Part shown: in pieces, positions 36,366-48,949 of the stretch | Layout of the letters: each line of letters begins with the position of its first letter | Position numbering within the stretch: the stretch's first letter is position 1 | Origin: Camelus dromedarius | Taxonomy: Eukaryota | DNA length: 64,000 nt | Assembly (NCBI RefSeq): GCF_036321535.1 | Contig: NC_087437.1 | Coordinates: forward strand, 34,102,001-34,166,000 | Reading direction: 5' to 3' | Notes under the pieces: model-generated | The model's input: only the letters and a program-made list of their open reading frames with translations | What the model was told of the DNA's origin: nothing | Databases searched by the model: none | Translations under genes and position numbers: made by a program

Positions 36366-36499
36366 AAGGAGGTTAATCTAGATCCATAGGTAGGCAGCAA
36401 CGGAGGAGGTCAGTTTATTTTTTTTCTTTTAGCCTCTCATCCCTAGTTGGCATTAAAAATAGAAAGGCCCTGGCGCTTCACATATATTTGAATCCCTAA

Positions 36500-37950
36500 T
36501 GCACTTCACTCGGAGGACGTCGCAGTTTTAAGGAGGGCCTCCATCCCACACCAGGATACTTGATGCCCATGCAGTGAGGCGCCATTATGGCCAGTCATCA
36601 ACCGCAGAGTCTGTTTCTGGGCTGTGTGTCTTCTGCCCAGTCTTGGACTGGGCACTAGGAGTACAGTAGACGCCTTCCCAGATCTACAGTCCACTGAAGG
36701 AAACAACGTAACAAACAAAAAGGAGAATAAGCAAGAGCAACCGATAGCACCCAGGATGATGTCGGGCGCTGAAATGCAAGGCAGTGAGGTGAGGTGCGGC
36801 CTGGCGAGTGAGACGCGTGCGAGAAGTGGCTGAAGTGGGGGATGAGCGGTGTAAGGCACGGGAGATTAGATAAAGCGTGCAGAATTGGGTGGGAGGAGTG
36901 GCTGTTGGGTGGGGATTCAATGAAGGTATCCTAGGGAAGGTGGATTCTGGGAAGACATTTAGGAGGCGTCCTGAACATGGATTCAAAGAAGTGACTCGGC
37001 TGCCGATGCATTTGATTTCGCTCTTTAAATTCTCCGAAGATGGAGAGCGCTCCCCGCGATGATAACGGATCGTGGCCATGCTTCCTCCGCCTCCGCAGGG
37101 AGACCCGCCTGCTTCCGCCAGAGGACTGGTGCTCCCGCCCAGCCGCGTGCGGTACTCCCCGAGCCGGGCTGCCTGTGGAGCCACCCGTCCCACTCCAGGC
37201 AGGGGTTCCAGAGGCCAGCCGGGTGCTGGGGTGCGGCAGGGCAGGCTTGTGGCTGCGAGGCCGGCACGCTCAGACAGACAGAAGTCAGACACATCCGCCA
37301 GGCATACCATGGAAACGAAGGGTCAGCTTGAGGGGCGCCAGGAGGAGGGAGGCAAATCGGGAGGCAGAACCAGCGAGGCAGAGCCTCTGTGAGATGGTAG
37401 ACCCAGAAGCCGAAACCTTGCTGTAAAACCTCGCTCTCAGCTGGGAAGAGGACAGCTAAGGTGCAGCCCTTAAACTGTGCCTGTCTTAGCCGGTTCCTAT
37501 CTGTGAAATGGGGGTGACGATAGTTCTTGCCTCATAGGGTTACTATTAGCATGAGATGAATTCATACACGTATGATCACTGCCTGGAGCAAAGGGAATCA
37601 AAACCTGGACAGAAGCAGCAACAGCTCCTAGGAAGCAAATAGCCACAGGAACCCACACACCGCTTCCTGACAAATAGGCGTCTCGACAGCATGCTAGAAA
37701 CTCTCTTTGAAACGCGTTCTTCTGAGCTGATGGCCCTCAGCTTTAGGGGATGCTACATCCCTGCCAGGCCCCCAGGATCCTGCCTCCCTCTCTGTGTGGA
37801 AAGCCCTGGAGGTGGGGGGGGGGGGTGCGCAGGACTGGCCCCCCCGCTGTTCTCTCGTGTGCGCCGTGGGGACCGTCCCGGGGCCACAAGCCGTCCCCAG
37901 CACACGGTCCGCCAAGAAATGACGATTTCTTTCAGAGTGGGATGTGACCT
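36500..37950. promoter_or_regulatory. CpG-island-like region (possible promoter or enhancer)
   Basis: 18 CpGs counted in 37019-37200, further clusters near 36760-36880 and 37825-37925, against a CpG-depleted background. Confidence 0.55.
37460..37585 (+). mobile_element. MIR core fragment
   Basis: TTCCTATCTGTGAAATGGGGGTGACGATAG...CCTCATAGGGTTACTATTAG. Confidence 0.65.
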
Positions 37951-40009
37951 GAGAAAATCCAGTCGACATTACCTTGGGCACAGCCAACACTGAAGCCTGC
38001 ACTAATTCCCTTGGTTTACTGAAGGAGCTGGTTCCCAAGGTTACCTTTAGAATTCACACTCCAAATGCTGTAGCAAGGAAAGAATTTTGCCGATTAGTGA
38101 GGAGATGAAATGGCTTCGCTCAGTTGTCACAGACACAGAAGCAGGGGCCTTGGCTTGTCAGTAGGCCGGAGAAAGTGTTTAAAAATGTCCACAGTGTCTC
38201 CTGAGAACTTTCACTGTCTCTCCACTGAAGCAGCTCTTCTTGTCACCATCTGTGTTTTGTGTCACCAGGGATGAAAGATTCAGAAGTCTGGGGATCCTCT
38301 TCCCTTTCTTGAGGGAGACCCCCTCCCCACAACTATTTTTGTGCCAGCGTCTATGTTCTACTCCTCCGCTCAGCAGGCTTCTAGACTTGGAAGCATCTTG
38401 CAATGTTGGTCGTTCATTCAGAAATATCTCCTAAGGATCTATCCTGGGCCAGGCACAGGACTAGGTGCAGGGGTAAAAGGATGGATAAGACAGATTGTCT
38501 AGTCCCTGTCCACCTGGTGGGGCGACAACCACGAAACAAGCAATGTGGTCAATTCTATACTGTAAGAGTGTTATACTATTATAGGACTCTGTGGCATGTA
38601 CGTGAGGGTCCATACCAGTTATAACCCACCCCTGATGAATGTCCTAGAGTCCATCCCTGTCAGGGAGAGTTACGTTTTAATAAAAGCACTCAAAAGCAGA
38701 AGGCTCTCAAGACAAAAAGAAATTGATTTATGGGGCAAAAACTCCTGGCCAGTAAGAGAGAACTGGGGGCAGGAATTTTCTGCACTTTTCAATCATCTGA
38801 ATCTACCTTCCTTAGAAGGTAGTCCCAGGACCCAGGGTTATAACTCAGATGCCCCACTCTCATGTCAAGTGTTTTAGCAAAAGAATCACCTAAGAGTACC
38901 AGTCTTCCTATGGAGAGGGGAAGGATTGTCTGCTGTCAAAAAAAAGTTAAAATTTTTACCATATCTTTACACTAAGGACACGATTTCCTCTGAGATTCGA
39001 ACTCCTTTTCAGGGAGAGGGGATGTCAGGGTCTGTGCTAATGCATCCCCCTTTATCAGGCAAAGGATGCCAGTGGGTCCCTGGCCATGGAGAGGGCTTGT
39101 TGTGGGTCTGCCAGCAGCATCAGCTAAAGTCAGGCTTTGTCTCAGCTGGAAAGGTCTCCCTCCTTTGTGGAAAGCTATTATGGGAGATAAAAGAATCTAG
39201 TTATTGCCTTTTTACAACCCATTTCTGGGTAAGAAAGGCTTCACTGGATGTTCTCAACCACAGGGAAAAGGGGAAGCCCTCGACCATTTCAGGCATCTCA
39301 GAAAGAGCCCCCCTTTGAACTCTGCCCTGACCACTGCCACTAACTGTGGCCAGAATTAGGGGCAGACTGTCCTGAGCGCCCAGTGTTGCTAAGAGTCGAC
39401 AGTCATTTAAAAATGAAAAGAACTAGAGAAAAGGCTACTGGAGTTGATCTGCAGGTCAACAGAATACCCATAGGACAAACACAGCGAGAAAGGGTCCAAA
39501 ACAGAAGCCCAGGACAAATAAAGGGACTGAGATCCTCATGCTGCCTTCAAATTCCCCCCACAGAGCAGACATCTAATAGCCACCTCCACCCAAGGCCTGA
39601 GGAGTGACTGGAGTACTCCGCGGCGCTATAGAAGCAGGAGGGAGCCCAGGAGGAGAGCAGTTCTGTGGGCTGGGGGTGGGGGGAGGGTGTGTCAAAGACT
39701 TACAGAAAACAAAGAACTTGTGTTGGGTCCTCGGAGCCCAGATAAAGGTAAAGTAAGGCAGTCCCAGGACCAGTAATTGTAACTCAAATGACATTTTCAG
39801 GTATCTGAGTCAGGGATTTGAATTGTACGCATCAGGGATATAGCACATTAACTTACTGAAGCCTGAGCTGGCTCGCCCAGTCATTTTTATTCAACTATGA
39901 ATTGACTCTTAACTGGGAAGGATTTATTTTTACAAGATGGCTGAATCAATTCAGATGGAAATAAACCAACATATTTTTCTAGAATGGCTGATCCAAGTGA
40001 AAACAAAAG

Positions 40010-40660
40010 CATTTATTCATTCATTTATTCATTCAACAAACACTGAGTGTCTGCTAGTGCCAGCCAGGGTTCTAGGCACTAGAGACACAATGGAGAATAA
40101 CACATACCAGGTTCCTGCCTTTGGAGCTAACAGTACAGTCGGGGAAAGCCAGACGGTAAAACAGATTGAATAAACAAGAAAATACCAGAAGTATTAAGGC
40201 GAAAATAAAACCAAGTTATATGCTGGAACTCATTCAGATGGGGTGGTCAGGGAAGGATTCTCAGGAGAAGTGACGTTTAATAAGAAAAGGAAATGACAAG
40301 AAGAGCTGGAAAGGCAATCATCGGGGTCATTCCAGGCAAAAGGAACAAGTGTGAGGGACTGTAGGTAGAAGCAAATTTAATGTGTTCAAGGAACTGTAAG
40401 AAAGCGAGGGCTGGAAAGTGGTGGGCATGGGGAGGATGGTACAAAATCAGTTAGAAAAACCAGGCAGAGCCATGTTCTGGAGGCCTCATCGGCCAGGGTG
40501 AGGAGCTTGGGCTTTATTCTAAGTGTGATGAGAAGCCATTGGTGGCTTCAGCTGCTGTGTGGAAATGGGCAGTACGGAGTGAGAGGGGAGGCAGGGAGAC
40601 CACATCAGGGGCCACTGCAGTAGCCTGGTGGGGATGGCCATGGCTTGGACTAGGCATGCG
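40010..40660 (-). mobile_element. L2 3' region
   Basis: CATTCATTTATTCATTCAACAAA...GTGCCAGCCAGGGTTCTAGGCACT...GGTGGTCAGGGAAGG...AATGTGTTCAAGGAACTGTAAG. Confidence 0.78.
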
Positions 40661-42825
40661 TGCCAGCTGACCCAAATGTTGACTTTTTCCATTGCCACCA
40701 TCAGAAAGCATCAGCAAGCTGTTCTTACGAGTGGTTGAAAAACAAAAACCAATTCTCCCAAGTAAGGTTCACTCAAACCTATACATAGGGATGCTCTTTT
40801 TCCAACAGGCCATGCTAGAGTTTAGAGTCTCAGACAAAAAGACAGACCAGACACCTTCTTTGAGGCATCCTTGAATCTTTAATAGCCTAGGAATTTGGTG
40901 AGAAGATGGGTTTGAGCTAACTGAACTGGATCTTGGACAGCTGATGATGTTGAAAGGGAGTTTGGCTGCTGCACTGAAGAGCAGGGGACACCCTGGGTCA
41001 CCATCTTCCTTCCTAAAGTCGGAATGGTCTGTCCACCTGGTGGAGGGTGATTTCATGGAGACTCAGTTTGACCTTCAAAGGCACCCTAGAGAGTAAGGCT
41101 GGAGAACAGGAGATGGAATTCGAACATGAATCTCCTCTGGTACCTTCTGAATTCTTTCAGCAAATCACTCACCAGTCTCAAACTGGCTCTTCTTGGCTGG
41201 GTGGAAGAAGGAGGGGTTAGATTTCATCAGTCACTGTGTGCACAGAGTGTACTATAATGCTCTACAAGGCACACAGAAACTTTAGAAAGCACATTATTGT
41301 CAGTTGCCAGATGCCAATTGTATTTATATAACTTGATTTTCTTGGTTAGTGGTCTCCATTTTGGAATTAGTTCAAACCAATACATCAAACTCCATTTCGT
41401 GCTATGAGAGAGCTACAGACCAGGCCAGCAAGCCCTGTGTGGGGCTCTTTGTGAAAGAATAAGAGCATCAGAGTTGGGTTCTTAATGCCCATTTTATATG
41501 CATGACTGGAGTTGAGTCCCTTATGCATAATTCATGTGGTCATTCACAGGCTTTTACACGACTCCTCCTTTAAGAGTTAACTAACAAAGGGCAGTATCAG
41601 CCATGGCAACCAGGATATTATGTAAATCTATCTCTGCACCAACAGAAAAGGGGGTGGGTTGATTAATTTAAAAGGTACAAGAGTAAAGGGGGGTACACAT
41701 CCCTCTTGATGTTACTCATCATTTATTAATGTATTTGACTGAAAAGACTGTGGGAGGGTAAATATGTGTTTGTACATCACCTCTGGGTGTGAGGGCACTG
41801 CTTAACCCTGTGAGCAACCATTTGAATCAATGGAAAGTGACTATTTCATTCCTTTCCTTTCCTTCCAAGGAACAGCATTATGAGAAGGTGAACAAGGTCT
41901 TGGATTTGGTATCAGGTGACACAAAATTTATGTTCCTCTAGCCCATTATACTAATCAAATTACTTAACTCCTTGGAGTCTCAGTTTCATGTATATACAAA
42001 TAAATTTATTTCCCTTGGTACAGCGGGGAGGGGACTACACAAGGGTATGACTAGGAGGAGGCAGGAATTATTGGGGGTCATCTGGAAGGCGAGCAATCAG
42101 ATGCCAGAAGAAGAAACCAAGGTGATTTTCCCAGAGTCACCAGGATATACAGAGCCAAGTCAAAACAAGATCTAGCAAAGTCTTCCCACGACAAAGCTCC
42201 TGACATAACTGGGGTTGCTGGAGGGAACCCAAGTGTCACCCTCTAACTTGCCAAATGAGACTGAAATTTTCATTTCCAAAAGCTGATCCAAAAGCAGTGA
42301 TAGGATCTGACCCATGAGTATTTAAAATATTTACCATTTAGCTGAAGAACAGATGTTTCCATCAGGTGCAGCTATAAAGCAGGACCGAGTCAAGAAGCAA
42401 GTGTGGTGCTGGCTCGCTCGCTCTCTCTTTGTCTCTCTCTCAGGCTTTCAGTGCTGACTGAGACAAGCTCAGGACTCCAGGAGAATCTTCTAGACAGAGT
42501 GAGTGAAGCCATCAAAGGTCTTTCTGGATTCCATAAATAGTCCCGGGGTAACTTCAAATTAATGGGGTCTCCTGGATGAACAGAATTCCTGTAGACAAGA
42601 GAGCAGCCACATTTCCCTGTGAGCCGCTGGCTTTTGGCCTTACTTCCTGAACCTGAGAACTGAGGACACTTCTCCCGTATCCCCACTACTTATGCTTCAG
42701 TATTTTCTATTAGTAAATTATGGTGTAATTGCATTCTGACCCCACATTACAGAGGATTTTTGGACTGTTCTGATCCAGTGATGGAGTAGACAGTACCTTG
42801 TTTCTGTTCCAAAAGAACCTCTGGG

Positions 42826-42958
42826 TTTTTTTGTTTATTTTTGGGGGGAGGGGTAATTGGGTTTATTTACTTACTTATTTTTAGTGGAGGTACTGGGGAT
42901 TGAACCCAGGACCTCGTGAATGCTAAGCATGCACTCTACTACTGCACTATACCCTCCC
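42826..42958 (-). mobile_element. vic-1-like SINE
   Basis: GGAGGTACTGGGGATTGAACCCAGGACCTCGTGAATGCTAAGCATGCACTCTAC...TATACCCTCCC. Confidence 0.9.
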
Positions 42959-43669
42959 TTTCTGTTATTTTTTGATTATAAAATAATATAGGCTTATTGT
43001 ATAAATTTCAGAAAACAAAGAAATATCTGAATGAAGAATTAAAAATTCACTGTCAATATTTGATGTGTTCTCTTGGGGGTTTTCTGTGTCCATATGTGAA
43101 TATATCTGTAATTACAGCATTAAGAAGCATGGTCTACTTTCCCATACGACAATTCATAATTGAGGTTGCCTTCCGATCTGGATTTCAGCATTTCCTACAG
43201 CAGAGGGGCCACAAATGATGTGCCAGAAAACATAGCTACAACTACAAACTTCTATAACTGCTTTAAATTATAAAATGAATACTTAGTCTTTTGAAATGGG
43301 CAATGTTCATAATTCCTGCCATAGACAGTATCCCAAATCACAATGAATACAGAAGAAGCTTCCAAGTCACTGAGTACCACTGCTAATTTTTTCAAGATGT
43401 AAGCATCCTTGAAACCCAACAGTTCCCTTCCCAACCTTCCAAGGAGAGGAGTCTCCAGGATCAGAAGAACCATGGATTTTCAGAGCTTTGCTATATTCCC
43501 AGCAAAGGCAGGGCCCAAAGCCCTAGTCTCTAGGTAGGACCAAGTTATCAGACTGATACTAGTGGGGTCTTTGCCTTCCTCTCTGGAAACTAGAGGCCAA
43601 TTAATAATTCCTTATATCCCAAAACCATAGTTCAAAGAGCAAGCCTCTCTGGAATATCTCACATAATTC

Positions 43670-43802
43670 TTTTTTCGGGGGGGTGGGTAGCAGTGCAGTT
43701 GTAATTAGGTTTATTTATTTATTAAATGGAGGCTCTGGGGATTGAACCCAGGACCTCATGCATGCTAAACATGCGCTCTACCACTGAGCTATACCCTTCC
43801 CC
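43670..43802 (-). mobile_element. vic-1-like SINE
   Basis: GTAATTAGGTTTATTT...GGGGATTGAACCCAGGACCTCATGCATGC...CCACTGAGCTATACCC. Confidence 0.9.
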
Positions 43803-46149
43803 TTATATATTCTTAATTCTATATTCCCTGGAATATCTTTCTCCATCTCTTGCCACTATGATATTTTTTCCCCTTAGGAAAATTTCTGACCATTCCCTCT
43901 GAAATCCTCACCCCATGTAAAGAAACTTCCAACCCCTCTTTCTGGTAATATCATAGGTTATTCGGAACAACTTTCTGCCAGAAACAACTGAAAAAGAGCT
44001 GAATTCATCTGCATTCTCTCAACACTTCCATTTCCATTTTCAAAGGATATGGAAACAGCTCACTTCACTTCAAATGTCAGTGTTTATTAACACCAGGGCC
44101 GGGAAGATGCACATCTGAACCGTCAGAGAGTGAATAATTGAGACAGACATAAAGCTTTTTATGCTGATGTTCTTACTTATCATTTATTGACAATCCAATC
44201 CTGTTTAACGCTTTCCAGTCTCATTTCAGGGATTGTCAAGAGCATGCTGGGATATTTTTCACAAGCTGCTTTGTACCGATTCCTTGGCAAGCAAATGCAG
44301 TACCTCTGGAGGGTGCCTGGTCAGACTCTGGGCTTCTCTGTTTGGGGCCTAGAGGCCCACGCTTTCTTTACACTTGGCTCAGATGGCTCCCAGGCTCTGT
44401 GTCTGAGTGGGGTTCGTTCAGCGCCACCCCCTTACTGAGCCCCTCCTGCTCGCTCATTTTTCTTACTTGCAGTTTGCACGAGTGATTGGCAGGACTCGGG
44501 ACTGGGACAGAACTCTGTAACAAGTGGGCAACACAGACAACACTCCTTGGCCTATGGGGGCGTGCAATCAAAACCAGACATGATGGTATGGTAAGTGTAA
44601 GATCTTACAACAAACAGAAAACTAAAATCTTGAGCAAATATGAAAGCAGTATTTACATGGTGCATCCAGGCCAGAGTCAAGTACATCTGAGCACAAAGAG
44701 AGATGCAGAGCTGGGAGGAGTACCAGGTGTACGCACCTGCATTTAGAGAACTCTTGGCCCACGTTAATACACCCACACTGAATGTCTAATACAGAAATCT
44801 ACTCAAGACTGGTCGAGGCATCATTCTCATACCTGATCTCAGATGTCCTCACCGTTAATCAGAGCTCACACAGCACAGCAGTTAAGCATACAGGCTCTAG
44901 AACTGAGCATGTCTGGGTCCAGATCTTACCTCCATGAACCACACTTGTCCAAGCCAAAAGGAGACAATAACAATACCTCCCTTCCTAAGATAATCATGAA
45001 AATCAATGAAAAGATGCACATAAAGTACTGCATAAACCCCCCAGCACATCCGGGGAGCTTAATAATTATAACCAATTATTGTATATTAGGTTACAGGTGA
45101 ATTTCTTTTTGGCTACTTGAGATAAACAGTTGAGAGTCAGTTTCCTTAGATCTCCAGCAATACCAGCAAACATACTGAGAAGCTTAATTCCATTGCTTGT
45201 GATTATAATATGTTGAAGTTTATAATTTTTTTTTGAAAGTCCACCTATCACCACCTTTATTTTTATTTATTTATTTACTTTTTTGTTCTGTGAAGTTAAG
45301 GACAAATTTTTTCATTCTTTGGTAATTCTATATATTTGAAAGCCCTTGTAGAAATGTACGTGGTCTTACTCGTTTCTTCAGTTTAGCACTTCTGAAGTAG
45401 CTAGCACATGACAGTGTGTTTCTTTAGAGCAGTGATTTGTCATGTGTTGAAATCATTCCTTAAAAAGTGTAAACGTCTATACAAACATTAGGGGTCATTT
45501 TAAGTGAAGTCATTTTTTCTTTCAATAATTCTGTGTATGCAAAGATTTAAGACCAGAGGCAGTGAAATTCATAGTCCGAAATGGCTATCAGTCTTCAGCT
45601 GGCTCAAAGGACATGGCCCATGATGAGTGCTTAATTATAATGTATCTTATCATTAACACTGGCTTTTTCTTTGCTTTTAGACTTCTATAGAAAATCTTCC
45701 ATGGCTGTTCCAACTTGTGGGGCTCATTGTCCCAAGTACTTGAATGTGGAAGCCATGGATGTTCACAGCATCATCACCAAGGTCCTTGCACACCAAAGAG
45801 ATCTCAGTAGTTTTCAGGATTGGTTAATTCAGTGCTAGATCACCAAGGAGCCAGATTCCATTTTTCTATTCTGCTGTCTATTCCCAGTGTGTCACCTTTG
45901 TCCTCAGGCTGTTTGCCATTCTGATAATTTCCCATCCAGACTAAGAGTGTCCGGAGGGAGAAGAGCTGTCTGGCTTACACATCTTTCTTTAACTTCCCTC
46001 TATGAAAGAAAAGGATTTAGAGTTCTTCTCCACATCATCCACATGCTCTTCCTCGTCCCCCATCCTTCCAGTGGAGTCATGTCGCGACTCTGATTAGAGG
46101 GATAGTTAGTGCTGACATTCTGATGACTATTTAGACATAATTCAGACAG

Positions 46150-47100
46150 AGTCAAAAGCTGTGCTCTGATTTACAGTCCCTTCCTGTACAACTTCTTGTT
46201 TTCCCTGGAGTCAACAATTGTCTACTTTTGTTTATTTTTCAACATACTTACTACCAATTTGACCGCAAATTCCCCATTAATCCTCTAAATTCCTCTCAAC
46301 ATGTTGGCAGACATCAGGTATTCATCAGATCATATTCCTGAAGGATTTTCTCTAGGAGACTTCCGACCTGTTCCAAGCGGGGCTGGCGGCCACTTGGAGG
46401 TCTCTCTTTAACATCACTCCAGATGTCCTCTTTTCCTGCCTCTTCTTTCAGCGGTTTTCCGTCTTAGTTTACTCCTTAGTTTTTGTGGTGCACACCCTCC
46501 AGGAGCTTCCCCTTAAAAAAAATGAATCAGAGGTAAATTTATGAGATCTTGAAAATGTCTCTATCCTATCATCATTTGATTGATAGTTTGGTGGGTATAA
46601 AATTACAGGCTGGAAATCATTGCTCTTATATTTTTAAGGACATTTCTCCAGGTTCTTTTAGTTTTCACTTTTGCTGTTGAAAAATCCAGAGCTCTTCTGA
46701 TTCATGATCCTTTTTTGCATAAGCTGTTTTCTTTTCCCTCTAGAAACGTCTAAGACCTTATCTACATCCTCTGTGTTGTGAAACGTCTTGAGACTCTGCC
46801 TTGACGTGTGTCTGCTTTCATCTGTGTTGATGGTCACTCAGTCAGCTCTTTCGATTTCCTTTAGTTCTAGGAATTTTGCTGAACCATTTACTTGATGATT
46901 TCTTTGCCTCCATCTTTTTCCAGTTCCAGATTATAAATCTTTTTTTTTAAATTGCCAATGTAATAAGCAAAAATGATACATTTTAAAAAGTTCAATTTTC
47001 ATATCTTTGGTTACTAGTGATGTTGCCTATCTTTTCATACTAACTTTACTATTTTTATTTCCTACAGTAATTACATCTTGTATCCTTGGCCCATTGCATT
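46150..47100 (-). mobile_element. Ancient L1 remnants
   Basis: T-rich L1-like motifs (TTGATTGATAGTTTGGTGGGTATAAAATT, TTTGGTTACTAGTGATGTTG). Confidence 0.5.
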
Positions 47101-47599
47101 CCCTTCCTTTCTAGCAGGACTATACTTAAGCGAAAATTGAGGGAGAAAACCTAGCCTATTTTTAAGTAAAATATTCTTCAGCCATTATCAAAGTAAAACA
47201 AGAAGGAACACAGAAAAAAAAAGGGGGGGGGGGGCTTATGTTGTCCCACCACCCAAAGCCAGCCAGCCATAGTAGATAGTTTAGTATTTTCTTCCATCCT
47301 CCTTTTCTTTTTTTCTATGCATGTGATTTTAGACTGTGTTGCTATCTGATAAAGTTGCGATCATTCTGTTTGTACAATTATGTGCCCTCCAAATCTACCT
47401 TTATTTTGAAACTTCTAAAGAAGGCACTTTTGAAGGTGTGAGTCATTCAATCCTTTACTGAAAAAAAAAAGTATCAAGGAGTTCTTTCCTATAAAATTCT
47501 AATTTTTCACTATGTCCATATAGCACTTTCCCTAAAATCAAGGCAGGGAAAAAGCTGCACCTCTGGGGACATGTGTAATTGGAAATTTTAAAAATAGTT

Positions 47600-48085
47600 C
47601 TCCAAGGAAGGGGGGTGAGTTTAAGATAAGAGTTGTGAATCTCTAAGATTCCAATCAGGAATTCCCCACTCTTGGGACAGCTTCCTGACTTCTCTCTCTT
47701 TCCCATATGAACTATTTCCAGACCCTCTCACCCTCTCCATCTAAGATGCAGCTCCTGGTTTCACCCCTCTTTCCACACTGCCCATTCTAGACCCTGCTAG
47801 CCCAGATGTCTTTGTGACTCGCCTTCTTTAAGTCTTATTGCCGAGTCACGCATCCTCACCCACCCCTAGTCCACACTCCCATCTCCCTGCACCCTGCTCA
47901 GTCACTTCTTTTGTTCTTAATTACACATATTTATTGTGTTTATTCTTTGTTCTGTGCCCTCCTCCCCACCCTACTCCCATACTTAAGAGATCTTAGTTAT
48001 GTTCACTGACATATCCAAGAAAAACTAGGACAGTGTCTGGCACGCGATATGTATCCAAAAGTATCACTTTTGGTTGAGTGACTTA
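47600..48085 (+). mobile_element. L2 3' region
   Basis: TGTTCACTGACATATCC...CTAGGACAGTGTCTGGCAC end and upstream pyrimidine-rich L2-like sequence. Confidence 0.5.
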
Positions 48086-48848
48086 ATTATTGCTTAAACC
48101 AGTACCCCACATGCTTTTACTACTCTGGTTTTCTCCCACATTCATTGTGTCAATTTCCAAACTTGAATTTACCCAGCACTCATTTTCTCAGCCTCTGATG
48201 CTGTGGCTTCTGTTGCTTTCAGGCTGCTGAGAGTTGCTGGAGAAAATCACAGACATCTGCCAAGTGGATCCACCACAAAGTCATTGCTGAACCTCACATG
48301 TGCCTTTAATCATGCCTAACAATCTTTGGATTTATCTCATGTTGCCTCCCTAGCGAATTCCACACTGTGATGTTCTAAGATATTGTTCCCTTTTGAATTT
48401 CCATAGAGTCAGACTTGTGGCCCAACCATAGCTAACGTTCAGACTTGAGCAATGGTTTTCATTTTTGTAATAGGTTCTTTCCAGATCTTATTTTGTCCCT
48501 ACTCTTGTTGGCCTCCTTCCCTCACCCACTTCTAACTTGAGCAATCTTGCTGAATTTTAAATTTACTCACAAGCTGCCTTAAATCGTTTGCTTTACCAGA
48601 GAAGCTTATACGTTTCTTGTTGTTGATTTTTAAAAATGTTCTAAGGTGATTTTAAGAAGCTTTTTGTAGCTTAATTTTGATAGCCATATACTATTCTATT
48701 ATATAATGGGTTTACATTTATTAACATTGGATATGTTTTTCCACTTATTTTATCATAAAAACCTAGGGACATAAATCTTTATTTTGCATGTCTGCAAATT
48801 CCTTACGATAGATTCCTAGATTTACTAGGGTCAAAAGGTATGTTTTGA

Positions 48849-48938
48849 GGGGGGAGGGTATAACTCAGTGGTAGAGCACATGCTTAGTATGCAGGAGGTC
48901 CTGGGTTCAATTCCCAGTACCTCTATTTAAAAAAAAAA
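48849..48938 (+). mobile_element. vic-1-like SINE (short form)
   Basis: GGGGAGGGTATAACTCAGTGGTAGAGCACATGCTTAG...GGTTCAATTCCCAGTACCTC plus A-run, flanked by AAGGTAT duplicates. Confidence 0.9.
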
Positions 48939-48949
48939 TTTTTTTTTTA

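Noticed and set aside
36684..37426. 208-aa minus ORF and overlapping 90-128-aa ORFs
   Set aside because: Stop-poor GC-rich DNA is open in several frames on both strands. The peptides are low-complexity P/G/A/R with no recognisable domain
45402..45449. Pre-miRNA call for the hairpin
   Set aside because: The continuous stem is only about 12-13 bp, shorter than typical Drosha substrates, and matches no miRNA I recognise
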